Shown one piece after another: positions 30,137 to 39,641 of a stretch of DNA of 64,000 bases (positions within the stretch are counted from its first letter, which is position 1; each line of letters starts with the position of its first letter). The notes under the pieces were generated by a model. The model saw only the letters and a list, made by a program, of their open reading frames with translations. It was not told the origin of the DNA and made no database searches. The stretch is from contig JAZQKB010000022.1 of assembly GCA_045541975.1 (NCBI GenBank), forward strand, positions 30,616-94,615, in the 5' to 3' direction. A program made the position numbers and the translations under genes. Origin of the DNA: Clostridia bacterium. GTDB lineage: Bacteria; Bacillota; Clostridia; UMGS1840.

Positions 30137-30380
30137 TGTTTTTTTCCTCTGTCACTTTTGCAAAATAGGGCTTCTGGTTTACCATTCCGCGTTTGATGGC
30201 AGACTGCTTCATCTTCTTTAAACGGCTTAAGAGCTGCTGCTGTTTTTTCTTTTTTGCTTCTTCCTCTTTTTTTTGCTGGGCAATTATCTTTGCATTGTTG
30301 TCGGTGTGATTGGGACTGTAAAGATTATAGGCTCTGTTATAGCTTTTGTACTTTTCCTGTTCTTCTTTGGTAAGATTCAT
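30129..30380 (-). CDS. Hypothetical basic, coiled-coil protein, translationally coupled to the portal-like gene
   Basis: RBS GAGGTG; Lys/Gln-rich helix; overlaps the portal start by 8 nt. Confidence 0.65.
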   Translation of the reverse strand: MNLTKEEQEKYKSYNRAYNLYSPNHTDNNAKIIAQQKKEEEAKKKKQQQLLSRLKKMKQSAIKRGMVNQKPYFAKVTEEKNNA

Positions 30381-30421
30381 ACTTTCACCTCAAAATAATA
30401 AAAATATTTCCGCACTACTCC

Positions 30422-30455
30422 ACCAAAGAATACCAAAGATGCTCTTTTGTTTCAA
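30422..30455 (-). promoter_or_regulatory. sigmaA-like promoter of the hypothetical-portal pair, with a direct repeat over the -10
   Basis: Minus strand TTGAAA (30455-30450)-17-TGgTATTCT (30432-30427). ACCAAAGA is repeated at 30422 and 30432. Confidence 0.55.
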
Positions 30456-30480
30456 GTTCAGTTTTTTTCTTTGTTTCTAT

Positions 30481-30987
30481 TCAGTTTGTTTCAATGATTT
30501 TTAAGTTTTTCGGATCAATGCCGGCTTCGTTTTTCATAGTGTCCCGAATTTGCGCAATTTCCTGGGGGGTTAATCCTGTAGACTGTACGCTGACGGTGGC
30601 ATCGGGAGAACTTAAAAACACATGCACATTTACAAATCCTTTTTCGGTAAGAATCCGCTCTGCTAAGGTTTCCTTTTCCATATCCTTGGCAATTCGGATC
30701 ATTTCATCCTGCGCTTGGGCTTTTTGCTCAGGGGAGGCATCCTCATTTTCGGATACAGTTTGCAATAAAGCTACTGCTTCGCTTCTGTCTTTTTCCAACG
30801 TAACATCAGAAGACACATATTTTGCCTCTCCATAGGTGGTGTTTTCATCATAGCTTTCGCTGGCAGGCGGAAGAGACAGAGAAACCGTTTGCGTTTCTGT
30901 GTGGTTTATGTAATTGACCACGCCGGCGGTAGCTAACAGAGCAGTGCAAACCACTGCGGCAATTTTTCTTTTGTGTAATAAAATCAT
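30481..30987 (-). CDS. spoIIIAH: Stage III sporulation protein AH
   Basis: N-terminal TM, GEAKYV, EKE...E.IL..KGF and IAQI.D motifs; last gene of the spoIIIA operon. Confidence 0.85.
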   Translation of the reverse strand: MILLHKRKIAAVVCTALLATAGVVNYINHTETQTVSLSLPPASESYDENTTYGEAKYVSSDVTLEKDRSEAVALLQTVSENEDASPEQKAQAQDEMIRIAKDMEKETLAERILTEKGFVNVHVFLSSPDATVSVQSTGLTPQEIAQIRDTMKNEAGIDPKNLKIIETN

Positions 30988-31006
30988 AGCGGATGTTCCT
31001 TTCTTT

Positions 31007-31546
31007 TTAAGGTTTCTCGGTTTGTTTTACGGTTTTAAAAACCACCTCCACAGTGTGTAAGTCTGCTCCCAGAGAGCTTTTGGCCGCCCGATACAGAAGG
31101 TCTTCGGTTTCTCGCTGGTAAGGGCCAAAATAAAAGATGCAAACTCCTTTGATTCTGGGTTGATGTTTGTTTTTGATTTGAATATTTTTATTGGCATCCA
31201 ACACCGGCTTCTGATCGGTTGTGTGCTGTGTTTCGCCTGTGGCGGTTTTGGTATCAGCGGTGGTGGTTTCTTCCCGCACAATTTCCAATTCTCCCGAATC
31301 GGCATAAGCTACCAGTACCCGCACTTTATTGCCGGTTAACTCTGTGAGAAGAGCTTCCAGTTCTTCTGATTGCAGATCTGGTTGATTCATCATATTCGCA
31401 GGTTGAGGATTTGATGCTTTTTTTGTAGGGCTTTGGGGAAATATCAGCAAAATAAATGCCAAGATAAACAGCATGACAATCAGTTTGATTCTTTCTCCTT
31501 TAGGTCGATTTGTCCAAAAGTTCTTCAGTGGGGTAAACCACTTCAT
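31007..31546 (-). CDS. spoIIIAG: Stage III sporulation protein AG
   Basis: TM, L..LL..L.G.KV.V, P.IKGV.I and H.VEV motifs; operon position. Confidence 0.8.
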   Translation of the reverse strand: MKWFTPLKNFWTNRPKGERIKLIVMLFILAFILLIFPQSPTKKASNPQPANMMNQPDLQSEELEALLTELTGNKVRVLVAYADSGELEIVREETTTADTKTATGETQHTTDQKPVLDANKNIQIKNKHQPRIKGVCIFYFGPYQRETEDLLYRAAKSSLGADLHTVEVVFKTVKQTEKP

Positions 31547-31943
31547 AGGGGAACTCTCCTTTCAATACTGCGTGAATTTGAGACGCATCTTCGACGGTAT
31601 AAATTTGCACCGATTTCAATTCATACCGGTCGTTTAAGTGAACCGTTACGGTAACAATATCCAGATTGTTTTCCCGAAGCCTCTCTTTGATTTGGGTGGC
31701 AATGTCGGTTTCGTATTCTTTTACAACAAGATTTTCGTGACTCGTTTCAAAAAACGGTTCCTGAAATTCTGGCAGAGAAAACTCTACCCGGAATACAGAA
31801 GAAAGCAGGAATAAAAACAAGAATAAACTTACGGCAAATTGCACATATTTGCGAAAAGAACCGGTGGATAAGAGTTCCTTTAAAAATTCGCAGACTAATA
31901 CAACCAACACCACTTGCTTTAAATTTGCAATCCATTCTGTCAT
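31500..31943 (-). CDS. spoIIIAF: Stage III sporulation protein AF
   Basis: W......ELL....FRKYV.F...L N-terminus; operon position. Confidence 0.75.
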   Translation of the reverse strand: MTEWIANLKQVVLVVLVCEFLKELLSTGSFRKYVQFAVSLFLFLFLLSSVFRVEFSLPEFQEPFFETSHENLVVKEYETDIATQIKERLRENNLDIVTVTVHLNDRYELKSVQIYTVEDASQIHAVLKGEFPYEVVYPTEELLDKST

Positions 31944-31953
31944 GCCACTCCTC

Positions 31954-32976
31954 CTACATTCCTGTTAATACCAGAATACCAAGCACTCCGATAATCAGAA
32001 CCGTTGCCACTACCCCGGTCATCATTCCAAGACTTGTGGCGGTATCTTCAAAAAAAGTTGCCGTTTTATGATCTGCGAGAAATCCGGCGCAAACGGATAA
32101 TACCTGAAAGGTAACCAGTCCCGCAATCAGCTTAACAAGCGGTGACAAAAACACATAGGAGATTCCGATCACACTGCCTAGCCCTGCTTTTGCTTTCATC
32201 TGACTGATTGCCTGAATCAGGTATTCTCCGGAATCACTGAGACTGCCGCCTAAAAAGGGAATACAGTTTCCCAGTGCCATTTTTGCCGATTGCAGGGTCA
32301 GAGAATCAGAGGCTTTGGTCACGGTTGTGAGCAACGTAAAAACTGTCATAAAAATCCCAATCAAGATGGGAAGCACCGTTTTTAATGCCCAAAGGATTGC
32401 TTTTTTTAGTGTTGTGAAATAATCTTTTTCCAACAGCGGCGATAGTACGGTGCACATAAAATAAACGAGAATCCCCGGGAAAAAAATGTTTTTGATGAGG
32501 AAGGTAATCAGCGTCATAAAGCCTAAAACGAAATAGGTGGATTTGGCGGCGCTCATAACCCGTCCGCTATTGGCAACAAGACCTGTCAGAACGGGAACGC
32601 TCATATAAATCAATTCCGAAAGATTAAAAATGCAGTCCTGAGCTACCTGGGCAAGTTGCTGAAACAATTCTCCCGTACCGAGTGCCAGAGCGCAAAAGAT
32701 GCCAAGATGGACAGTTCGGTTTAAGCTTGCAGGAAAATCCATACAGTTTTTGATACCGATGAGAATCATCAATAGTACGAGGATGGGGATTTTTTGCCGT
32801 AGAAGGAGAAACTCTCCCCAAAGCATTTCACAAATTGTTTCCCAGATTCCCTGAAAGGAAAACGCTGTTTCTTCTGCAATTTCCAAAGAAGAAGCAAAAA
32901 CTGTCTGTGGAGCGATAAAGATCATTGCTGCTACCGTTCCCAAAAGAACCATCCGTTTTATCCGAACAGAGACCAT
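31954..32976 (-). CDS. spoIIIAE: Stage III sporulation protein AE
   Basis: Polytopic membrane protein with IPFLGGSLSD and K...G..S motifs. Start is ATG 32976 or 32952; the longer ORF-track start overlaps spoIIIAD. Confidence 0.85.
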   Translation of the reverse strand: MVSVRIKRMVLLGTVAAMIFIAPQTVFASSLEIAEETAFSFQGIWETICEMLWGEFLLLRQKIPILVLLMILIGIKNCMDFPASLNRTVHLGIFCALALGTGELFQQLAQVAQDCIFNLSELIYMSVPVLTGLVANSGRVMSAAKSTYFVLGFMTLITFLIKNIFFPGILVYFMCTVLSPLLEKDYFTTLKKAILWALKTVLPILIGIFMTVFTLLTTVTKASDSLTLQSAKMALGNCIPFLGGSLSDSGEYLIQAISQMKAKAGLGSVIGISYVFLSPLVKLIAGLVTFQVLSVCAGFLADHKTATFFEDTATSLGMMTGVVATVLIIGVLGILVLTGM

Positions 32977-33347
32977 ACCGTGTCCACAACCTTTCCAAGC
33001 AAAGGGAGAATCAACATTAAAATGATCACCTTGGTAGCAAATTCCATTTTTTTGGCAATGGCTTGTTCTCCCGCATCGGCAATCACATTGCAAACATATT
33101 CCGCACCGATGCCAATGCCCAGAATTTTAAGTACAGTGGCAACGGATTCCGGAGCCAGTCCGGAAGTTTGCATATAATTGGTCAGCGTGTTTAAGATGCT
33201 TGTCAGTTCTCCTGCAATTAGCGAAAAAATGACAATTCCGGTCACAAGAGCAATCATCATGGAAAACTGAGGTGCCTTTTCCCGTAAAAACACTGCTGAC
33301 ACGGCACCGGCAAAGGCAATGCCGGTCAATTTTGCAACAGTATCCAT
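32958..33347 (-). CDS. spoIIIAD: Stage III sporulation protein AD
   Basis: LKILGI....EY....ADAGEQAIAKKMEF..K motif. Confidence 0.9.
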   Translation of the reverse strand: MDTVAKLTGIAFAGAVSAVFLREKAPQFSMMIALVTGIVIFSLIAGELTSILNTLTNYMQTSGLAPESVATVLKILGIGIGAEYVCNVIADAGEQAIAKKMEFATKVIILMLILPLLGKVVDTVWSLFG

Positions 33348-33368
33348 AGATAGCTCCTTTCCTTTGGT

Positions 33369-33563
33369 CTAAAATCCAAACAGACTTTTAATAGTTTCAA
33401 ATAAGTAGGCAATTTCCTGCACAATCACAATCAGTACCACTACCAGGCCTGCCAGCGTGACCATGGTGGCTTGTTCATCCCGTCCCGACTTGGAAAGCAA
33501 CTGATTTAAAATGGCAACGATAATTCCGATTGCCGCAATTTTAAAGATTAATTCAACATTCAT
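33369..33563 (-). CDS. spoIIIAC: Stage III sporulation protein AC
   Basis: MNVELIFKIAAIGIIVAILNQLLSKSGRDEQA. Confidence 0.95.
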   Translation of the reverse strand: MNVELIFKIAAIGIIVAILNQLLSKSGRDEQATMVTLAGLVVVLIVIVQEIAYLFETIKSLFGF

Positions 33564-33574
33564 AGCAATTCCTC

Positions 33575-34069
33575 TTACAGTATCAAAATGGCTACCATTG
33601 CACTGGCGGAACAGACACCGGCAGTAATCATCTTTTTTTCCTTGGGAAATTCTTTTTGCAAGGTATCAAGATGGGTTTTTAGTTGACTTTTGATATGCTG
33701 ATAATGTTCTTGTGTGCTTTTTTTGGTATCTTTTCCAAGAATGAAAAGGTATTGGTTCATCAGTTCGGTTGCTTCCTCGGAGAGGGGGAGACCTTTTAAG
33801 GCCTGCTTCAGTGCATCCCGCAGAGGAAAGACTTTTTTTAGTTTCAGAAATTTTTGTTGAAACATTTTTGGAAATGTGTTTTCGCGTTGTTGGGTCAGAA
33901 TTGCTTCCTCCAGTGTTTTCTTCCATTCTGTCACGCCGTAGGTGACGGTGTTTACAAAAACAATCATTTCTTGCAAACATTGCACGGCTTGTTTTTTTTG
34001 AGCGGTCATGTGTTTGACCAGCAGAAGATCTGCTAAGATGAGTGCCGTAAGGCCGTATAGTTTCAGCAT
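33575..34069 (-). CDS. spoIIIAB: Stage III sporulation protein AB
   Basis: MLKL.G TM start directly after the spoIIIAA stop; LG.D..S motif; C-terminal hydrophobic ILIL. Confidence 0.8.
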   Translation of the reverse strand: MLKLYGLTALILADLLLVKHMTAQKKQAVQCLQEMIVFVNTVTYGVTEWKKTLEEAILTQQRENTFPKMFQQKFLKLKKVFPLRDALKQALKGLPLSEEATELMNQYLFILGKDTKKSTQEHYQHIKSQLKTHLDTLQKEFPKEKKMITAGVCSASAMVAILIL

Positions 34070-34070
34070 A

Positions 34071-34955
34071 TTATTCACCGGTGGTCCTTTGGATTGTTTC
34101 AATACGATCTGTTTTGTAGTTTTTGGATAGATACACTTCATAGTCAAATACTTGTTCTTTCGTTAACTTTTGGATGTTTTTGCGGAAATTTCCGCTTCGA
34201 TCTCCGTGAATGGTTGCCACTACCGAAACCCCTGCGTGATGGGCATAACACAGGCTTTTTTCATCTTCGGGTGTTCCAATTTCATCCACCGCAATAACAT
34301 TGGGAGATAAACTTCGCACTGCTGACAAAATTCCGTCTGTTTTCTGATAACCGTTTAAGATATCGCATCGGCTTCCCAAACAGTTTTGAGCGTCTCCCTG
34401 AAAGGTGGCGGCAAGTTCGCCCCGTTCATCTACCACGGCAATCCGGATACCGGCTTTTTTTTCAGAAAGCTGACGGATAAAATCCCGAAGTAACGTGGTT
34501 TTTCCCTGTCCCGGAGGAGAAATGATGAGAATCCCGGGAAGGGGAGAAATATGTGCAACAGCTTGAAACAATCGGTCTGCAATGTTCGGTACTTCCTTTG
34601 CGATTCGCAGATTGATGGAAGAAATATCTTTAATGTAGGATACATTTCCGTTTTCGTACACTGCGGTACCTGCAATTCCCATGCGGTGTCCACCTTTTAC
34701 GGTGATAAAACCGTTTTTCAAGGAATCAAAATAAGAGGCGGGAGAGCCTTGTGTGAATAAATCCAGTAAATCTTCCATCTGACGGGCATCCAACCGATAG
34801 GGTGTGATCAGCTCCCGATAACTTTCTAAAAACATGATCGGTTGATTCCGGCGAAAACGGATTTCTTCTGTTTCGGGTGACAAATATTCCAAAAGATAGG
34901 CAGGTAACAGCGAGAGAAGTTCCTGTTGATTCGATCGTCTTGTTTGTTGGAGCAT
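34071..34955 (-). CDS. spoIIIAA: Stage III sporulation protein AA (ATPase)
   Basis: EEIR.R, GFITVKGGHRMG, SPPGQGKTTLLRD, VDERGE and RSLSP.VIAVDEIG motifs. Confidence 0.95.
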   Translation of the reverse strand: MLQQTRRSNQQELLSLLPAYLLEYLSPETEEIRFRRNQPIMFLESYRELITPYRLDARQMEDLLDLFTQGSPASYFDSLKNGFITVKGGHRMGIAGTAVYENGNVSYIKDISSINLRIAKEVPNIADRLFQAVAHISPLPGILIISPPGQGKTTLLRDFIRQLSEKKAGIRIAVVDERGELAATFQGDAQNCLGSRCDILNGYQKTDGILSAVRSLSPNVIAVDEIGTPEDEKSLCYAHHAGVSVVATIHGDRSGNFRKNIQKLTKEQVFDYEVYLSKNYKTDRIETIQRTTGE

Positions 34956-34964
34956 ATCGGTTCA

Positions 34965-35010
34965 CCTCGCATTTTTTATCACTATATGTGAGGCTGTCCA
35001 AAAGTATGAC
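34965..35010 (-). promoter_or_regulatory. sigmaE promoter of spoIIIA with an overlapping anti-RBS stem
   Basis: Minus strand GTCATA-16-CATATAGT. CCTCACAT over the -10 can pair with ATGCGAGG, which includes the RBS. Confidence 0.75.
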
Positions 35011-35105
35011 AACCTCTCATGCAGATATAGATTTGCAAATTTGGTTGACTTTTTTTGCAAAACATGATAGGATAATAGAGGATTTCAACAAATGGAGGGT
35101 TCCCA

Positions 35106-35717
35106 ATGAATCAAGTGAAAATTGTTTTAGCATCTCAGTCGCCCAGAAGAAAGGAACTGTTGCAAAAGAATGGCATTCCCTTTACGGTATATGTAACAGA
35201 CACAGATGAAACAGTGACCGAACAGCTGTCTCCGGCCCAGTTCGTGGAAGAACTGTCTTTCCGGAAGGCGAAAAGTGCGGCAGAAGTGTTTTTGGGAGAA
35301 CAGGTATTGATTGTTGCAGCAGATACTGTGGTGGCATTGGAAAATGAAATATTCGGAAAGCCGGATGATGAAGCGGATGCCCGTCGGATGCTTCGGCTCT
35401 TGAGCGGAAAAGCACACAGTGTTTTCACCGGTGTTACGTTGGGTTATGTAGCAGAGAATACGGTGACATATCAGAAAACAGTTTGCGAAACCAAAGTGTA
35501 TTTTTATCCTATCAGTGAGGAAGAAATCACCAAGTATATTCAAACGAAAGAGCCTTTTGACAAAGCCGGCTCTTATGCTATCCAGGGAATTGCTTCCAAG
35601 TTTGTAGAAAAAATAGAAGGCGATTTTGATAATGTAGTGGGATTACCGGTTTTTGCTATTTTAGAGGATATGAAACGCTACCTTGAGGAAGAAGGAGGTA
35701 CCTCTTCACATGAATAA
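35106..35717 (+). CDS. maf: Maf nucleotide pyrophosphatase
   Basis: LASQSPRRKELL, AADTVV, GKP and DKAGSYAIQG motifs. Upstream TTGACT-17-TAGGAT promoter. Confidence 0.95.
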   Translation: MNQVKIVLASQSPRRKELLQKNGIPFTVYVTDTDETVTEQLSPAQFVEELSFRKAKSAAEVFLGEQVLIVAADTVVALENEIFGKPDDEADARRMLRLLSGKAHSVFTGVTLGYVAENTVTYQKTVCETKVYFYPISEEEITKYIQTKEPFDKAGSYAIQGIASKFVEKIEGDFDNVVGLPVFAILEDMKRYLEEEGGTSSHE

Positions 35718-36603
35718 TCAGGTGTTTACCCCGCTGCGGTTAAAAGAGGAATTTGTGATCAAAAACGTAGTCACTATTCACTATCTGGAGTATGCCAAAG
35801 ATTTTAAATTTACCGGTGAAAAACATAACTTCTGGGAGTTCATCTATGTGGATAAGGGCGAAATTAATGCTATTGCCGAAGATACTACCCATCGTTTGCA
35901 GCAGGGGGATGTTTTATTTCATAAGCCGGGAGAATTTCATAATGTGTATTCCAACGGGGTGATTGCTCCCAACATTGCCATTGTTTCCTTTGAGTGCAAA
36001 TCCAAGGCAATGAGCTTTTTTCAGAATAAGGTGTTTCATGTAACCAAAGAAGAAAAGAACCTGCTTTCGTCCATTATTAAGGAAGCCACCAAAGCATTTG
36101 CAACGCCGTTGAATGACCCGTTGACCAAAGGATTGAAACGAAAACCGGAAGCGTCTTTTGGAGCTGAACAGATGATTCTGTTGGGGTTAACCGGATTTTT
36201 ACTCTCTTTATATCGGAACAATTCCATTTCCCACACACCGAAAGCCTCTCTGTCTGTTTTAAAGGAACGGATGGACAACGATATTGTGGAAGATGTGATC
36301 GAATTTTTAAACGAAAACATCGGCAACACCTTAAGCTTTTCGGACGTGTTAAAATACTCCAAAACCAACAGCACCGGACTGAAAATGCTGTTTAAAGAAA
36401 AAACAGGAATGGGGGTTATGCAATACTTCAATTATTTAAAAATTGAACGTGCGAAAATGCTGATTCGTGAGGATAACTACAATTTCACTCAGATTGCCAA
36501 CATTTTGGCATACGACAGCATTCATTATTTTTCCAAACAGTTTAAGAAAATTGCCAAAATGACTCCGTCTGAGTATGCTTCGTCGGTGAAAATTGTGTTA
36601 TAG
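35710..36603 (+). CDS. AraC-family transcriptional regulator
   Basis: Cupin GEKHNFWEFIYVDKG plus C-terminal HTH (YFSKQFKK...MTPSEY). ATG 35710 follows GGAGG. Confidence 0.92.
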   Translation: MNNQVFTPLRLKEEFVIKNVVTIHYLEYAKDFKFTGEKHNFWEFIYVDKGEINAIAEDTTHRLQQGDVLFHKPGEFHNVYSNGVIAPNIAIVSFECKSKAMSFFQNKVFHVTKEEKNLLSSIIKEATKAFATPLNDPLTKGLKRKPEASFGAEQMILLGLTGFLLSLYRNNSISHTPKASLSVLKERMDNDIVEDVIEFLNENIGNTLSFSDVLKYSKTNSTGLKMLFKEKTGMGVMQYFNYLKIERAKMLIREDNYNFTQIANILAYDSIHYFSKQFKKIAKMTPSEYASSVKIVL

Positions 36604-36673
36604 AATGTCTGTTTTTTGGGCTTGTGCTCGGAATTATTTGGCAAAATGTAATAAAAATGCAAAAATCGGAATA

Positions 36674-36718
36674 AATTTTCAGAAATCTATTGAAAAAATT
36701 CACTTGTTATAGTATAAT
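36674..36718 (+). promoter_or_regulatory. sigmaA promoter with adjacent CodY-like box
   Basis: AATTTTCAGAAATCT (13/15 match to AATTTTCWGAAAATT), then TTGAAA-17-TATAAT. Confidence 0.65.
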
Positions 36719-36775
36719 ATTATAGAAAATTTATAAAAACATTCAAAAGCACAAATGTGCGAGGAGGAAAACATT

Positions 36776-37588
36776 ATGAAAAAACTCATTACTCTTCTGT
36801 TAGCAGTTGCAATGCTGGTAACTCTGTTTACCGGATGCGGTGCACCTGCAACCGAAAACAAAGGCGCTACTGATGGTGAAACTGTAGTAGAAGATCAGGC
36901 AAACGGCGATACTCTGGTTATGGCTACCAACGCTGAATTCCCTCCCTATGAATTTATGGAAGACGGCAAAATCGTTGGGATTGATGCTGAAATCGCTCAG
37001 GCAATTGCAGACAAACTGGGAAAAGAACTGGTAATCGAAAATGTTGACTTTGATTCCTTAATCCCCGGTGTATCTTCCGGTAAATTTGACTTTGTTATGG
37101 CTGGTATGACCGTTACCGAAGAAAGAAAAGAAGCTGTAAACTTCACTCAGAGCTATGCGACCGGCGTTCAGGTAATCATTGTTAACGAAGGCTCCGATAT
37201 TACTTCTGCAGATGATTTATTCCAAGAAGGCGCAAACACCACTATCGGTGTTCAGCTGGCTACCACCGGTGACCTGTACTGTACTTGGGATATCGAAGAT
37301 GAAGGTTTAGGTACTGTAGAACGTTACAACAAAGGCGCAGATGCTGTTATGGCATTAAAAACCGGTAAAGTTGACTGTGTTGTTATTGATAACGAACCTG
37401 CAAAAGTATTCGTTGAAAATAACGAAGGTTTAAAAATCTTAGACACCGAATACATTACTGAAGAATATGCAGCTGCAGTATCCAAAGATAACGCAGAACT
37501 GACCGCTCAGATTGACGGCGCTTTAGCAGAATTAATCGCAGACGGCACCGTTGCAAAAATCATCGAAAAATACATCCCTGCTGAATAA
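36776..37588 (+). CDS. Polar amino acid ABC transporter substrate-binding lipoprotein
   Basis: Lipobox FTGC; ATNAEFPPYE and AGMTVTEER motifs. ATG 36776 follows GAGGAGG. Confidence 0.93.
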   Translation: MKKLITLLLAVAMLVTLFTGCGAPATENKGATDGETVVEDQANGDTLVMATNAEFPPYEFMEDGKIVGIDAEIAQAIADKLGKELVIENVDFDSLIPGVSSGKFDFVMAGMTVTEERKEAVNFTQSYATGVQVIIVNEGSDITSADDLFQEGANTTIGVQLATTGDLYCTWDIEDEGLGTVERYNKGADAVMALKTGKVDCVVIDNEPAKVFVENNEGLKILDTEYITEEYAAAVSKDNAELTAQIDGALAELIADGTVAKIIEKYIPAE

Positions 37589-37714
37589 TTGATTCAGTCT
37601 CCTGTATCCTGAGAAAACGGATACAGAATTTATGCAGTAATTGAATTGTCAACCGGAGATATCAAAAAAATCTCCGGTTGGCACTTGCTGTTTCATAGGA
37701 AAGGAATTTTTAAC

Positions 37715-38443
37715 ATGGCAGAATGGTTTAGCGGCATGCAAAAAGAATTTGTAACGGCATTCATTACAAAGAACCGTTGGAAATACATAGTAGAAGGCGT
37801 TCAAAACACCCTGGTTCTGACCTTCTGGGCATTAATTTTAGGGGTTGTTTTAGGTGTCATCGTGGCAGCCATCAGAACCACCTATGATAAGCAATATCGG
37901 GAAATTAAAAATCCGATTGCAAGAATTTTTCTCTGGATTGGAAATGCAATTTCCAAAATCTATCTGACCGTAATCCGCGGCACACCCGTGATGGTTCAGA
38001 TCTTAATTATCTTTTTTGTAATTATGGCAAACTCCCGCGATAAAATGCTCTGCGGTGTGATTGCATTCGGGATTAACTCCGGTGCATACGTTGCAGAAAT
38101 TGTGCGGGCAGGTATTATGAGTATTGATGCAGGGCAGAATGAAGCAGGACGTTCTTTAGGTTTAAACTACATGCAAACCATGTGGTTTATCATTCTTCCT
38201 CAGGCATTTAAAAACATTTTGCCTTCTTTGGCAAATGAGTTTATCGTTCTTTTGAAGGAAACTTCCATTGCGGGCTATGTTGGGGTGACGGATTTAACCC
38301 GTGGAGCCAACATTATCCGTGGTGTTACCTATCAGGATTTTATGCCTCTTTTGGGAGCCGCAGTAATTTACCTTGTGATGGTAATGTTCTTCACCTGGCT
38401 GGTAGGCATTCTGGAAAGGAGTCTGAGAAAGAATGAACGCTAA
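37715..38443 (+). CDS. Amino acid ABC transporter permease
   Basis: [19 protein letters not shown] and [10 protein letters not shown] (EAA loop) motifs. Confidence 0.93.
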   Translation: MAEWFSGMQKEFVTAFITKNRWKYIVEGVQNTLVLTFWALILGVVLGVIVAAIRTTYDKQYREIKNPIARIFLWIGNAISKIYLTVIRGTPVMVQILIIFFVIMANSRDKMLCGVIAFGINSGAYVAEIVRAGIMSIDAGQNEAGRSLGLNYMQTMWFIILPQAFKNILPSLANEFIVLLKETSIAGYVGVTDLTRGANIIRGVTYQDFMPLLGAAVIYLVMVMFFTWLVGILERSLRKNER

Positions 38444-39176
38444 TTTCATTATTTCAGTCCGTGGTTTGAAAAAGCATTTCAACCGTGGCAAAATCAAAGC
38501 ATTAAACGGTGTTGATTTAGACGTAAAAAGAGGGGAAGTAATCGTAATTATCGGTCCCTCCGGATGCGGAAAATCTACCTTCCTTCGTTCCTTGAACTTA
38601 TTGGAACAACCTACCGAAGGTCAGATTTTTTTAGACGGAGTGGATATTACCGACCGTAACACCAATATCAATCTGCATAGACGCAAGGTTGGTATGGTAT
38701 TCCAGCATTTTAATTTGTTCCCCAATATGACCATTTTAAAAAATATGACCTTAGCTCCCATTCAGCTAAAAAAGGCAAATAAAGCACAGGCTGAAGAAAA
38801 GGCGATGGAGCTTCTTCGGGTAGTTGGATTGGAAGACCGAGCAAACGCATATCCCTCCCAGTTATCCGGCGGTCAGAAACAGCGTGTTGCCATTGTTCGT
38901 GCGTTATGCATGGAGCCTGATGTGATGCTGTTTGACGAGCCTACCTCCGCTCTGGACCCCGAAATGGTTGGCGAAGTGCTGGATGTTATGAAAAATCTGG
39001 CAAAAGATGGGATGACCATGCTGGTGGTAACCCATGAAATGGGCTTTGCCCGTGAAGTTGCCGACAGGGTAATTTTTATGGACGAAGGTGTTATTTTAGA
39101 AGAAGGCACTCCGGATGATATTTTCAATCATCCTGTTCATGAAAGAACAAAAGCTTTCTTAAATAAAGTGTTGTAA
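38433..39176 (+). CDS. Amino acid ABC transporter ATP-binding protein (GlnQ-like)
   Basis: [17 protein letters not shown] and [11 protein letters not shown] motifs. Confidence 0.95.
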   Translation: MNANFIISVRGLKKHFNRGKIKALNGVDLDVKRGEVIVIIGPSGCGKSTFLRSLNLLEQPTEGQIFLDGVDITDRNTNINLHRRKVGMVFQHFNLFPNMTILKNMTLAPIQLKKANKAQAEEKAMELLRVVGLEDRANAYPSQLSGGQKQRVAIVRALCMEPDVMLFDEPTSALDPEMVGEVLDVMKNLAKDGMTMLVVTHEMGFAREVADRVIFMDEGVILEEGTPDDIFNHPVHERTKAFLNKVL

Positions 39177-39243
39177 ATTTGCAAATGACGAAAACCAAAA
39201 TTGGTTTGTTTGATAGAAAAAAATAAGAAAGGATGGTACGAAT

Positions 39244-39600
39244 ATGCCGTTAAAGAAATTAAGCGATGTAGGCGAAATTACCGTAACAGAAAAAGCGATT
39301 GAGGAAATTGCAGGTCACGTTGCTACTCATTGCTACGGTGTGGTTGGCATGTGTGAAAAAAGCAAAGCAGAAGTGTTAAAACGGATGTTTGGTTCTGAAA
39401 GCTTAAGAAAAGGAATCAAAGTTGTCTGCCGTGACGGTTCTGTCAGCATTGAAATTCATATCAAAGTGACTTACGGTGTCAATATTAAAGCACTGGCGGA
39501 AAACGTAAAGCAGGATATCACTTATGCCGTTGAAAAAATGACCGGCGCCAAAATCAAGGATGTTACCGTTTGCGTAGACGATATTGTGGTGAATAAGTAA
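39244..39600 (+). CDS. Asp23/Gls24 family protein (YloU-like)
   Basis: CYGVVGM and YGVNI motifs; upstream of a DAK2 gene. Confidence 0.88.
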   Translation: MPLKKLSDVGEITVTEKAIEEIAGHVATHCYGVVGMCEKSKAEVLKRMFGSESLRKGIKVVCRDGSVSIEIHIKVTYGVNIKALAENVKQDITYAVEKMTGAKIKDVTVCVDDIVVNK

Positions 39601-39641
39601 TTTATCACAGCATCAACTTTGAAAAAGGGAGAAAACATTAC

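Noticed and set aside
27900-30480. Prophage around the portal-like gene
   Set aside because: No integrase, terminase, capsid, tail, repressor or att-like direct repeats; both flanks are host sporulation genes.
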